Part shown: piece by piece, positions 16,507 to 25,854 of the stretch
Layout of the letters: every line of letters starts with the position of its first letter
Position numbering within the stretch: position 1 is the first letter of the stretch
Source: Candidatus Eiseniibacteriota bacterium
Lineage (GTDB): Bacteria; Eisenbacteria; RBG-16-71-46
Direction: 5' to 3'
Length of the DNA: 64,000 nt
NCBI GenBank assembly: GCA_038231135.1
Contig: JBBRLX010000018.1
Coordinates: forward strand, 15,477 to 79,476
The notes under the pieces: model-generated
What the model saw: only the letters and a program-made list of their open reading frames with translations
What the model was told of the DNA's origin: nothing
The model's database searches: none
Translations under genes and position numbers: made by a program

Positions 16507-18690
16507 TCAGGCGCTGTCGCGGAGGTGGCTCGTGACGGCTTCCTCGCCGACGTGATCGAGGTCCTCGACCCACAACCGCAACAGCGCGGCGGCCGCGGGG
16601 GGCGAGGCCGAACCGCGTTCGCCGGGCGGCGGCATTTGGGTTTCGCTCACTCCCCACGTTTCCGGCAGCGTGCCCAGGCCGTCCTCCGCCATCCACGCAC
16701 ACAGCGCCGCGACGCGCTCGCGGGCGCGGTCCAGTGCGGCCGGGCTGCGCCCGTTGGCGCGCAGGTGCGCCGCCAGGAACAGCGGCAGCCACTCGACGCG
16801 CGCCACTTCGGAGCGGGGCGCGAGTCGCAATCCGAACGGCGTCACCAGCTCACGATCGATGGTCTCGACCAGCGCCATCGCGCGCTCGCGCGGCAGCAGT
16901 GCGGGCGTGAAGCTGGCCGCCCACAGTTGGGATGGCATGAGCCCCGGCACCGGCTCCTCGTCCCTAAGCATGGTGTAGAGACAGTGCCGCGCGGGATCCC
17001 AGAACCGGTCATTGAACCGGGTCTGGTGTTCGTGGGCCCACGCCACGTAGAACGCGGCGTTCTCGCGGCGGCCCACGCCGCGGGCGAGCTGCGCCATGGC
17101 GACATAGGCGTGGTACCACAGCGCGTTCAGGTCGGAGCGCTTGATCGTGCGGGATCGCGGCGGCTCGGGCGCCGGCCTGCTGCGGGCGCGCGGTTTGAGC
17201 GCGGCGGCCGCAGCCCGGGCGAGCTCCGCCGCGTGCGCCGCCAGCTCCTCGGCATCCGGTGGCTGGATCGTCATCAACAGGCCGTCCGAGTCGATGCGCA
17301 ATCCACCCGGCGCTCCCGAGCGGCAATAGCGCATCAGCTCTTCCAGCGCGGGATACAGCAGATCGCGGCCGAACTCGAGGTCCTCGCTGCGGCGCACGTA
17401 GCGCTCGCCGGCGATCACGAGCCACAGCGCCGGTTCCGGATCGCCGTACACCGGCGTGCCGTCGATCTCGTAACGCTCGGGAACCCGGCCTTCGTTCAGG
17501 AACTCGAGGCAGCCGCGCAGGATCTCGCGCGCGGTGCCGAATCCGCGGACCGCGAGCAGTGCGAGCACGGAGCGCAGCGCGGCGCTGGTGTTCTCTTCGA
17601 CCAGCGGCAGCGCGCTCGCGATCGTGAGCCGCGAGCCGTGTCTCACGAATCCCTTGCCCACGGCGCTCGCCAGCATCCGGGTCCACGCGCCGGGCTCGAG
17701 CGCGTCCGGCAGCCCGTCGGCCTTGCGTGCCCCTGCCGCCTCGCGCGCGGTGTCGAGCGCGCCCGCCCCCGCGGCGCGCAGCCATGAATCCTGCCGCTCG
17801 CGCTCATCGATCTCGAGCGCGGCGACGCACTCGGCGAGCGTGCGGGGCGGCACCGATCCCAGCCGGCCTTCGGCCGCGAGCCTGCGGAACAGCTCGCGTT
17901 CCGTCGACGCCACGACGTGGACCGAGGCCCCGTGCGCGAGTTGGCCTTCGACGTAGCCGGGCAGGTAGGCGGGTTCCGTGGCAGGGTCGTCGGGCGGGAT
18001 GCGCAGCGACGTCCACGCGCGTCCGGGCAGGAACGCGCCGTTGTGCCACAGCGTGAGCGGCACGCCCTCCGGAGTGAACTGTATGGTGATGCGCCCGGGA
18101 ATCCCCTGCACGGTGGGGGTGTCTGGATCCGCGGCCACTTCGGTGTGGGCGCCGCCGGCGCCGGCGCGTTTCGAGGCGGCGGGACGGGCGCGATCCGTCC
18201 TCCGGGCCTGCGCGGGAACCTCGACAGCGTCGGGCTGCGGCACGAGGGGCCGGGACACCAGCACCGGGCTCGCCGTCATGCGGAGCGCTGGGCCGTCGAT
18301 CAGCCGGTAGGAAACGATGACCGCGTCGTGGCCCCATACCAGCATCAGCGTCTTTTCGATCAGGCTCAAACCGACGCGATAGCGCCACGCTGGCCACGGG
18401 TCGACCGTGAACGATTCCAGCAGGCGATGTCCCGCCGGGCGGGCGGTGCCGTTCGGCTGCACCACGCAGGCCAGTTCGAACGGGCCCTCGTCGGTGAGCA
18501 CCCGCTCGTCGATTCGAAGCAGGGTCGCCCAGGGCCGCCCATGGACGTGGGCGGCGAGCGCGGCGTGCGTATGGCGCGTGATCGCACCCGCGGCGGTTCC
18601 CGAAGCCGAGCCGCCGATTCCGTTCGCGATCATCCACTCGCACGCCAGCGCGCGAGGGAGCCTTGTAAGGACATCCTGTCCGAGGCTCAT
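16507..18690 (-). CDS. Glycogen debranching enzyme (amylo-alpha-1,6-glucosidase)-like protein, apparently catalytically degenerate
   Basis: EWMIANGIGGSASGT N-terminal domain, LNALWY, FNDRFW, ELVTPFGLR. Confidence 0.8.
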   Translation of the reverse strand: MSLGQDVLTRLPRALACEWMIANGIGGSASGTAAGAITRHTHAALAAHVHGRPWATLLRIDERVLTDEGPFELACVVQPNGTARPAGHRLLESFTVDPWPAWRYRVGLSLIEKTLMLVWGHDAVIVSYRLIDGPALRMTASPVLVSRPLVPQPDAVEVPAQARRTDRARPAASKRAGAGGAHTEVAADPDTPTVQGIPGRITIQFTPEGVPLTLWHNGAFLPGRAWTSLRIPPDDPATEPAYLPGYVEGQLAHGASVHVVASTERELFRRLAAEGRLGSVPPRTLAECVAALEIDERERQDSWLRAAGAGALDTAREAAGARKADGLPDALEPGAWTRMLASAVGKGFVRHGSRLTIASALPLVEENTSAALRSVLALLAVRGFGTAREILRGCLEFLNEGRVPERYEIDGTPVYGDPEPALWLVIAGERYVRRSEDLEFGRDLLYPALEELMRYCRSGAPGGLRIDSDGLLMTIQPPDAEELAAHAAELARAAAAALKPRARSRPAPEPPRSRTIKRSDLNALWYHAYVAMAQLARGVGRRENAAFYVAWAHEHQTRFNDRFWDPARHCLYTMLRDEEPVPGLMPSQLWAASFTPALLPRERAMALVETIDRELVTPFGLRLAPRSEVARVEWLPLFLAAHLRANGRSPAALDRARERVAALCAWMAEDGLGTLPETWGVSETQMPPPGERGSASPPAAAALLRLWVEDLDHVGEEAVTSHLRDSA

Positions 18691-18726
18691 CGCAACCAGC
18701 CTACACCAACGCCCTGGCCTGTGGTA

Positions 18727-19911
18727 TCAAATCGCCGGTCGGCGGAGCAGCGCGGACAGCGGCACGAGGCTGATGCCCTTCAGGTGTTTCACGTCGAGAG
18801 CTTTCGGCAGCCAGGTCCGGGTGAGCGGCGTGGCGCGCACCATCACGAGCAGCTGGCCGCGCACACGGGCGAGCGCCAGCAGCTGCGTCCAGCGCTTGTC
18901 GAGCACGGCGGGCCGGCTGTGCGCCTCGTAGTCGAGCACGGCGCCCGGTTCCTCGTACGACACGCCGAGCGCCGAGGCGAGCGGCCGGCACACCGCCCCC
19001 GCGGCCGGCTGCATGTGCAGGAACGGGACCCGTTCGCGATGCAGTTCGCGGTAGACCGCCGACATGACGGTCATATCCTGGGTGGCGAGCGAGCCCAGAT
19101 GGTTCGCCACCGCCGCCACCGGGCCCGCCTGCTCGAGATACCGGCGCACGAGGCCGCTGATCTGGGCGGATTTCATGCTCACGAGGATGGTGCCCGGGCC
19201 GGGGTTCACCTGCGGGTAGTTGATGGGCTCGAGCGGCAGGTGCAGCACCAGCTCGCGTTCCGCACCACGCGCGTCGCGGAACAGCGCTTCGCTGTCCTTG
19301 TCACCGGGCGGGATCGCGACCGCGAACGGCACCGGCAGGGCGAAGAACGCGTGCGCAGCGTCGAGGTCGTCGCCGAACCCGTAGACCACCACCGACAGCC
19401 GGGCGCTGCTCTCGACGGGGTCGGCGCCCACCACGACGGGGACGCGGGCGAGCGCCAGCTCGTGGGTGGCGCGGCCGGACACGCCGAGGGTGAGCACGAC
19501 CTGCGGCTCGCCCCGCCGGCCGAACCGCTCGCGCCCGTCCAGCACATCGATGCCGCTGGCGGCGAGCGACCGGGTGACGGCGTAGTTCGCCTGGATCAGC
19601 GAAGCGTCGGGTTTGAGGCCGGCGCGCAGCCGGACGCGGGCCCCCGCCGGCTCTCCCTCGCCAAAATCGACGGAGCCCACGCTGTCCGCCGGGATCCCGG
19701 CGACGTCGAGTGCCTTGCGGAGCTCCCGGCCCACGAGCAATGTCAGGCGGGCGGGGTCCGTCCAGGGCAGGAAGCGGGCGGCAGCCAGTTGCCCGCGCGG
19801 GGAGCGCATCACGAGCCAGCCCTCTCCGGCGACGAACACGGCGATGGCAATCATCGCCAGCAGGGCGATCCGGCCCGGCGATACCAGGCGCTTGGACTTA
19901 CGTTTGGGCAT
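18727..19911 (-). CDS. Divergent polysaccharide deacetylase (YibQ-like) family protein
   Basis: N-terminal TM; LVLHLPLEPINYP..NPGPG, NHLGSLAT. Confidence 0.85.
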   Translation of the reverse strand: MPKRKSKRLVSPGRIALLAMIAIAVFVAGEGWLVMRSPRGQLAAARFLPWTDPARLTLLVGRELRKALDVAGIPADSVGSVDFGEGEPAGARVRLRAGLKPDASLIQANYAVTRSLAASGIDVLDGRERFGRRGEPQVVLTLGVSGRATHELALARVPVVVGADPVESSARLSVVVYGFGDDLDAAHAFFALPVPFAVAIPPGDKDSEALFRDARGAERELVLHLPLEPINYPQVNPGPGTILVSMKSAQISGLVRRYLEQAGPVAAVANHLGSLATQDMTVMSAVYRELHRERVPFLHMQPAAGAVCRPLASALGVSYEEPGAVLDYEAHSRPAVLDKRWTQLLALARVRGQLLVMVRATPLTRTWLPKALDVKHLKGISLVPLSALLRRPAI

Positions 19912-19925
19912 GGAATGAAATTCGC

Positions 19926-19954
19926 ACGTTACGGGCCTGCCGGGGGGGCGTCAA
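19926..19954 (-). promoter_or_regulatory. Sigma70-type promoter of the deacetylase gene
   Basis: TTGACG-N17-TAACGT on the minus strand, 14 nt before ATG 19911. Confidence 0.65.
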
Positions 19955-20303
19955 CGTCCGTGACCATGGACCGTCGATGGCCGATTTCACGGGCGTGGAT
20001 GCCTCCCCGCTCCGCATCCGGCCGGGTTCGCGGCACTGCCCGGATGCACACTTCCGGGACGGCAGCGTGGCCCGGCGGTCGTGCGGAGTTCCGGATTCGC
20101 CCTGCGAAATGCAAGGTCTGGCGGATCAGGTTACGGCTCGCGGTGCGAGCGGGCGTTCTGCCTGTGGAGTCGCGTCATTTTTGCACATATGTGACACTCA
20201 ATTGCAGGTCGAATGACAGGCTCATACCTGCGACGGCCGATAGTCTTCGCGTAGCGCATCGCGTCCCCAACGCGAGAAATTCCACCGGCTCTGGAGGTGT
20301 ATC

Positions 20304-21152
20304 GTGAATCGCAGGCTACTCGTCGTGCTTTCGGCCGGGGCAGCCATTGCCTGTGCGGCCTATGCCGTGTACGCGTGCAGCGACAAGACAGGTACTAGCG
20401 CCAGCAACGTGTCGGTCACGGCCTCGGGCAATGCCGCGTGTACGGCCGCGTGCAAGGCCCATGGCGCCAAGAGTGGTGCCACGGGCGCCTCCACGGCGGA
20501 CATGACCGCCAGGTGCCCCTACCACGATTCGAATGCCGCGGTGACAGCGAGCGCCTCGGGCGCCTGCTCCCATGCTTCCGGAGCGTCGGCGACCCGGGCG
20601 TCCGGTGCCGGCGCGATGACGGCGGGCACGGGTTCCTGCAGCGCGCACTCGATGGCATCGGCGTCGGGCTCCTGCGCCCACAAGGGCGCCGCGGCGGCGT
20701 TCGAGGCGATGTCACCGGGCGGCAGCTCGTGCGGCGGCAAGGGCGTTGGCACGATGGCGAGCCACAGCGCGATGCGCGACTGCGACGCCTGCGCCGACAT
20801 GGCTAACTGCGAGTCCGAGCTCAAGAGTGCGGGCTCGAACTTCCAGGTCGTGCCGCTCAAGAACGGCGTGATGTACGTGTACACCGCCGACGGTCCCCGG
20901 AACGTGCGCACCGTGCAGTCGGCGATCGCGCGCCGCACCGAGCGCATCAACGCGATCGTGACGGCGGACAACGCCAAGCTGTGCCCGGACTGCAAGCAGA
21001 TGCGCGGCGCGATGGCCAGCGGCAAGCTGACCCGCGAAGTCGTGAACATCGAAGGCGGCGCGATCAGCCTCGTGACCTCGACGGATCCGGCCATGGTCGC
21101 CCGTCTGTACGCGATGGCCGGCCTGTCGCCGCAAAAAGGCGTGAAGAGCTGA
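20304..21152 (+). CDS. Exported Cys/His-rich hypothetical protein
   Basis: GGAGGT RBS plus GTG, signal/lipobox-like VYAC, 14 Cys, two CxxC-led repeats. Confidence 0.85.
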   Translation: MNRRLLVVLSAGAAIACAAYAVYACSDKTGTSASNVSVTASGNAACTAACKAHGAKSGATGASTADMTARCPYHDSNAAVTASASGACSHASGASATRASGAGAMTAGTGSCSAHSMASASGSCAHKGAAAAFEAMSPGGSSCGGKGVGTMASHSAMRDCDACADMANCESELKSAGSNFQVVPLKNGVMYVYTADGPRNVRTVQSAIARRTERINAIVTADNAKLCPDCKQMRGAMASGKLTREVVNIEGGAISLVTSTDPAMVARLYAMAGLSPQKGVKS

Positions 21153-21173
21153 GAGCGGTCCTCTCTGGGGCGC

Positions 21174-21204
21174 AGGGCCGGTCCGAAGTCGGGCCGGCCT
21201 TTCG
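21174..21204 (+). terminator. Probable intrinsic terminator
   Basis: AGGGCCGGTCCG-aagt-CGGGCCGGCCTT followed by TCGTGT. Confidence 0.6.
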
Positions 21205-21259
21205 TGTGTCGCCGCGCGAGACGGGTGCTGTCATGACCCGGGTGCGCTAGGGTTCGAGC

Positions 21260-22819
21260 ATGTCCGAATCCCGTTTCAGCCGTCGCGTGCTCATCGTGCT
21301 CGGCCTCGGCGTCGCGGTCCCCGCGCTGATCCTCGCCGGTCTCGGCGTGTTCCTCACCCTGCGCATCGCGCGGGTGATCGATCTCGAAAGCCTCAAGTAC
21401 AACACCTACCTGTCGCAGCAGATCGCCGAGACGTTCGAGCAGGAGTTGATGGCGCACATGGTCCGCGACGTCGACCCGGCCGAGACCGCGGCGCGCAATG
21501 GCGCCACCGTCGGGCAGATCGTCACCGGACTCGAGAGCGAAGGCGCCGAGTTCGAAGGCGCCCATCTGGTGCCGGTCGACCAACTCGACGGCTACTCGAT
21601 GCTGACCGTCGCCGCGCAGCCGCTGGTGTTTGCGCCCGGCACCGGCGCGCGGCGCGATCAGTATTTCGTGGGCATCCTGCTGCGCGATCCCACCGGACAG
21701 ATCGCCGGGGCGGGCGGTTGGTGGATGAGCCCGCGGAAGTTCCTCACCGCGCATCTCGAACCCGTGATCCAGGACCGGCTGCCCGCCAACCCGCGGCTCT
21801 ACGGCGGGTTCGAATCCACGCGCCGGCTGGCGGTGCAGCTGTTCGCCCCCAACAACGCCGAGATCGGCCGCGTGCGCACTCCCGGCCCGCCGGGGACGGC
21901 GCGGATCGAGGCGCTGCAGGGGCCGTTCGAAGGCTATTCGGTGCGCGTGTCGGCGACCGCCAATTCACCCGTGGTGTGGGCCGGCCGGTTCGTCCAGATC
22001 GAGCTGGCGTTCATCACGCTCATGGGGTTCGTGATCCTGATCGCCACCACGTTCGGGCTGCGCTACACGGTCCGGCAGCTCGAGCTCGCCCAGCTCAAAT
22101 CGGGGTTCGTGTCGAACATCACCCACGAGCTCAAGACGCCGATCGCGATCATCCGGCTGGCCGTGGAGTCGCTCGAGATGCGGCGCTACGCCACGATCGA
22201 GGAATCGCAGAAGTTCCTCGGGATGATCTCGCGCGAGACCCTGCGGCTCAGCACGCTGGTCGAGAAGATCCTCGATTTCGCGCGGCTCGAGGCCGGCCAG
22301 CGGGTGTTCCGGTTCGAGCTCGTCGACATGGTGGAGCTGGTGCGGAGCGCCGTCGAGAGCCTGGCGCCGCGGATCGAGCACCAGGGGTTCACGCTGGAAG
22401 TCGCCCTGCCGGCGACGCTGTCGCCCGTGAACGGCGATCCCACGGCGCTCAGCCAGTGCGTCATCAATCTGCTGGACAACGCCATGAAGTATTCGCGGGA
22501 ACGGAAGCTCATCCGGGTGGCCGCCGCGGAGCGGGACCACATGGTGCTGGTCTCCGTAACCGACAGGGGGATAGGCATTTCCCCCAACGACCAGAACAAG
22601 ATCTTCGAGAAGTTCGTCCGGCTCGAAAACGGGCTGGTTCACGACGTGAAAGGCGCCGGACTGGGGCTGTCGCTCGTGACTCAGATCATCCGCGCCCACA
22701 ATGGGCGCATCGAAGTGCAAAGCACCCCCGGGGAGGGCAGCACATTCACGCTGGTTTTACCCGTGGCAAGCGGTATGGTATCCGATACCACCGAGGCTCG
22801 GCGGAAAACGGCCTCCTGA
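21260..22819 (+). CDS. Sensor histidine kinase (HisKA + HATPase)
   Basis: Two TM segments, THELKTP, NLLDNAMKY, DRGIG, GAGLGL. Confidence 0.96.
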   Translation: MSESRFSRRVLIVLGLGVAVPALILAGLGVFLTLRIARVIDLESLKYNTYLSQQIAETFEQELMAHMVRDVDPAETAARNGATVGQIVTGLESEGAEFEGAHLVPVDQLDGYSMLTVAAQPLVFAPGTGARRDQYFVGILLRDPTGQIAGAGGWWMSPRKFLTAHLEPVIQDRLPANPRLYGGFESTRRLAVQLFAPNNAEIGRVRTPGPPGTARIEALQGPFEGYSVRVSATANSPVVWAGRFVQIELAFITLMGFVILIATTFGLRYTVRQLELAQLKSGFVSNITHELKTPIAIIRLAVESLEMRRYATIEESQKFLGMISRETLRLSTLVEKILDFARLEAGQRVFRFELVDMVELVRSAVESLAPRIEHQGFTLEVALPATLSPVNGDPTALSQCVINLLDNAMKYSRERKLIRVAAAERDHMVLVSVTDRGIGISPNDQNKIFEKFVRLENGLVHDVKGAGLGLSLVTQIIRAHNGRIEVQSTPGEGSTFTLVLPVASGMVSDTTEARRKTAS

Positions 22820-22920
22820 AAGAAGTTGCGGGTTTGTTAAGTCCGCAGGCCAACTTCGGAAGCCCCACCACCGAACCTACCCGGGCCGTCTCCCCGGCAG
22901 CTCGATCGAAAGGAAACGCC

Positions 22921-23634
22921 ATGAAGAAAGTCCTGATCGTCGAAGACGAAGAAAGCATGCTCGAGGGGCTGGCTCACAATTTCCGGTTCGAGGGGTACGA
23001 AGTCATGACCGCCACGAACGGCAACGAAGGGCTCAAGCTGGCGCTCAAGCAGAAGCCTGATGCGATCCTGCTCGACATCATGCTGCCCGAGAAGGACGGC
23101 TTCACGGTGCTCAAGGAACTGCGGCAGCGGCACCGCGACATCCCGGTGCTGGTGATGACCGCGCGCAACTTCGAGGCCGACGTGCTCAAGGGCTTCGACC
23201 TGGGCGCGGACGACTACGTGACGAAGCCGTTCGGCATCAAGGAAGTCATCGCGCGCGTGAAGCGGCTCGTCGAGCGCGGCACCGGTACCGCGCCCACGCT
23301 GCGCCCCACCACCTATTCGTTCGGCGACGTCGAAGTGCGTTTCGAGCCGCGCGAGGTGATGAAGTCCGGCAAACAGATCGCGCTCTCGTACAAGGAATTC
23401 GAGCTGCTCAAGTACCTGATCGAACACCGCGGCCGCACCGTGTCGCGCGAGGAGCTGCTCGAGGAGATCTGGGGCGTCGACGAGGAGCTCGGCGTCACGA
23501 CACGCACCGTCGATACCCACGTGTCGAACCTCAGGTCCAAGCTCGGCCAGGGCTTCCCGCAGCCGTTCATCGTCGCCGTGCACAAGGTCGGCTACAAGTT
23601 CGTCGAGCCGGAAGGCGCGAAGGCGACGGGGTAA
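22921..23634 (+). CDS. OmpR/PhoB-family response regulator
   Basis: VEDE, LLDIMLP, GADDYVTKPF, RTVDTHVSNLRSKL, VGYKF. Confidence 0.96.
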   Translation: MKKVLIVEDEESMLEGLAHNFRFEGYEVMTATNGNEGLKLALKQKPDAILLDIMLPEKDGFTVLKELRQRHRDIPVLVMTARNFEADVLKGFDLGADDYVTKPFGIKEVIARVKRLVERGTGTAPTLRPTTYSFGDVEVRFEPREVMKSGKQIALSYKEFELLKYLIEHRGRTVSREELLEEIWGVDEELGVTTRTVDTHVSNLRSKLGQGFPQPFIVAVHKVGYKFVEPEGAKATG

Positions 23635-23650
23635 TGGATCGAGGCTGGCG

Positions 23651-24643
23651 TCAGGATGACGCCGGCGGAGTTCCGCCCGCATTCGTGATGGCGTTCCCGG
23701 GATCCTGCGGCTCCACATAGTCCGCCGCGGCCCGGGCCAGCTTCGCGAACTCGTCGAGGCTCAGCGTTTCGCCGCGACGGGTGGGTGCGATGCCGGCGTG
23801 GCGGCACAGGCGCTCGACCTGGTCCTTCGTGATCCCGAGCGCCTCCTCGATCGTGCTCATGAGCTGCTTGCGGCGCATCTGGAACGAGCCGCGGATGATG
23901 CGGAACAGCAGCGCCTCGCTCGGCACCTGCACCGGCGGTTCGTCGCGCAGGAAGAACCGCACCAGCATGCTGTCGACGGCGGGCCGGGGCCAGAACGCCG
24001 ATGACTTGAGCGTCATGAGCGGCTCGAGCAGCGCGTAATAGCGCGCGAACAGCGTGAGCGAGCCGTATTCCGGCGTGCCGGGGGCGGCGCCCAGGCGCTC
24101 GGCGTACTCCTTCTGCACCAGCAGCACCGCCACGCGCACGACGGCGCGCTGCTCGAAGATCCGCTCGATCACCGGCGTCGTGATGTTGTAGGGAATGTTG
24201 CCGGCGACGAACAGCTTGTCGGCGCCGTGTTCGCGGGCGATCGCTCCGAGGTCGGCTTCCAGGAAGTCGCCCTCGACAATCGTGATGCGCGGCAGTTCGG
24301 CGAATTCCTCGCGCAGGTACTCGGCGAGGCCTGTGTCCTTCTCGATCGCGATCAGGTGGCGCGACCGGCTGGCGAGTGTCGCCGTCAGGGCGCCCGTGCC
24401 GGGGCCGATCTCGACCACCACGTCGTCCTCGCGGACGTGCGTGTGGTCCACGATGCGGCTCGCGAGCTCCGGGCGCACGAGGAAGTTCTGCCCGAACCGC
24501 CGGCGCGGCGACAGGCCGCGGGATTCGAGGATGTCGCGCACCCGCGTGGGGCCGCCGGACTCGAGCGCCGCGCGTTCGCGCACGAACGCCGGGACGCGGC
24601 CGGGATGATCGGTGCTGGTGGGACGTTTGCGGTTGCGGGGCAT
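23651..24643 (-). CDS. rsmA: 16S rRNA (A1518/A1519) dimethyltransferase
   Basis: GQNFL, EIGPGTG, GNIPYNIT, PRPAVDS, RRKQL, RGETLS. Confidence 0.96.
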   Translation of the reverse strand: MPRNRKRPTSTDHPGRVPAFVRERAALESGGPTRVRDILESRGLSPRRRFGQNFLVRPELASRIVDHTHVREDDVVVEIGPGTGALTATLASRSRHLIAIEKDTGLAEYLREEFAELPRITIVEGDFLEADLGAIAREHGADKLFVAGNIPYNITTPVIERIFEQRAVVRVAVLLVQKEYAERLGAAPGTPEYGSLTLFARYYALLEPLMTLKSSAFWPRPAVDSMLVRFFLRDEPPVQVPSEALLFRIIRGSFQMRRKQLMSTIEEALGITKDQVERLCRHAGIAPTRRGETLSLDEFAKLARAAADYVEPQDPGNAITNAGGTPPASS

Positions 24644-24741
24644 GCTTCAGTGTACGCAACGCCCGGGCGGGAGCCGAACGGCGGCGGAACCTCCCAGCAG
24701 GCGCCGCGCAGGGCTGGCGGCGGAACGGCGACCGCGTCTCG

Positions 24742-25800
24742 TTACGCGGGGCGACGCTGCGTGGCGTCGAGCGCTTCCTGAGCCATCTCGCGTGCGTAAC
24801 GATCCTGGGACTCCAGCGCCTCGTCGCGCAGCGCGGCAGTGCCTTCGACGCCCAGTCGCGTCAGCGCATAGGCCGAATGCCGGCGCACCCACCACGAGGG
24901 ATCGGTGAGCGACGCCGCCAGCTCGGGAACCGCGTCCGACACCCCGATGCGGCCGAGCGCGTGCGCGGCTTGCGCGCGCACTTCCCACGCGTCGTCACGC
25001 AGCGCGGCGATCAACGCGTCGGAATGCGCGACCGAGCGCAGCCGGCCCAGCGCCCGCGCGGCGGCGACCCTGAGCTCCAGCTCGGGACGTGTGAGCCGCG
25101 CGCCGATCGCCGGGGCGGAGCCCATGTCGCACGCGGCGCCCAGCCGCTCGATCACCGCGCGCTCGAGCGCGAGGTCGGAGATGCCGGCCGCCAGCCGTTG
25201 CGCGAGTATCGGCGTGGCGCCGGGGCCGAACGCGCGCAACATCGCGGTGCGGGCCCGCGACGGGCGCGCCGCGAAGTAGTAGTCGTGGTCGAAGATCCAG
25301 CGCAGCGCCCACGCGTCGCGCTGGCGCGCGAGCGCCATGACGGCCACGAACGAGACGCTGCTCGGTCCCTGCTCGAGCGCGCGGCGCAGCGCGCGGCGGA
25401 CCGGCTTCGAAGGAATGAACGACAGCCGCCGTGCCGCCAGCTCCCGCCGCCACGGTGATTCGGTGCGGAGCAGGCGCCGCTCGTCGCGGATCGCGCGCGA
25501 CCGCGACAGTGTGTCCGACAGCCGGCGCCATTGCTTGCGCGTGAGGTCGAGCTCCAGCGCCTCGAGCACGCTCCAGAACATCGTCTCGCCGGCGCTCCGC
25601 GCCTGGCGGCGCACCTGCTTCGGGTCGCCGCCGTCGCGCGCATAGCGGCGCCACGCGGCGACAAGCGTGGTCTGCCGCTCGCGCTGCAGGTGGCGATTGC
25701 GGCGTTCGGCCGCGCGCGCCACGCTGAGGATGCCGAACAACGCGGCCGCGAAGCAGCCCGCCGACAGCGTCCAGACCACCAATACCTGGGGATTGAGCAT
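24742..25800 (-). CDS. Membrane-anchored HEAT-repeat protein
   Basis: N-terminal TM; repeats LRDDAWEVRAQAAHALG and LTDPSWWVRRHSAYAL. Confidence 0.88.
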   Translation of the reverse strand: MLNPQVLVVWTLSAGCFAAALFGILSVARAAERRNRHLQRERQTTLVAAWRRYARDGGDPKQVRRQARSAGETMFWSVLEALELDLTRKQWRRLSDTLSRSRAIRDERRLLRTESPWRRELAARRLSFIPSKPVRRALRRALEQGPSSVSFVAVMALARQRDAWALRWIFDHDYYFAARPSRARTAMLRAFGPGATPILAQRLAAGISDLALERAVIERLGAACDMGSAPAIGARLTRPELELRVAAARALGRLRSVAHSDALIAALRDDAWEVRAQAAHALGRIGVSDAVPELAASLTDPSWWVRRHSAYALTRLGVEGTAALRDEALESQDRYAREMAQEALDATQRRPA

Positions 25801-25854
25801 GTACTGGGTTTTCGGCCCCGGGGGCGGGCCGCTTGAGGCCGGTCCCCGGGGGGG

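Noticed and set aside
17917..20307. 796-aa plus-strand ORF
   Set aside because: Antisense to the debranching-like and deacetylase genes, Arg-rich and without motifs.
21807..21817. GGTTCGAATCC, a tRNA T-arm-like sequence
   Set aside because: It lies inside the histidine kinase CDS, and no cloverleaf or acceptor stem surrounds it.
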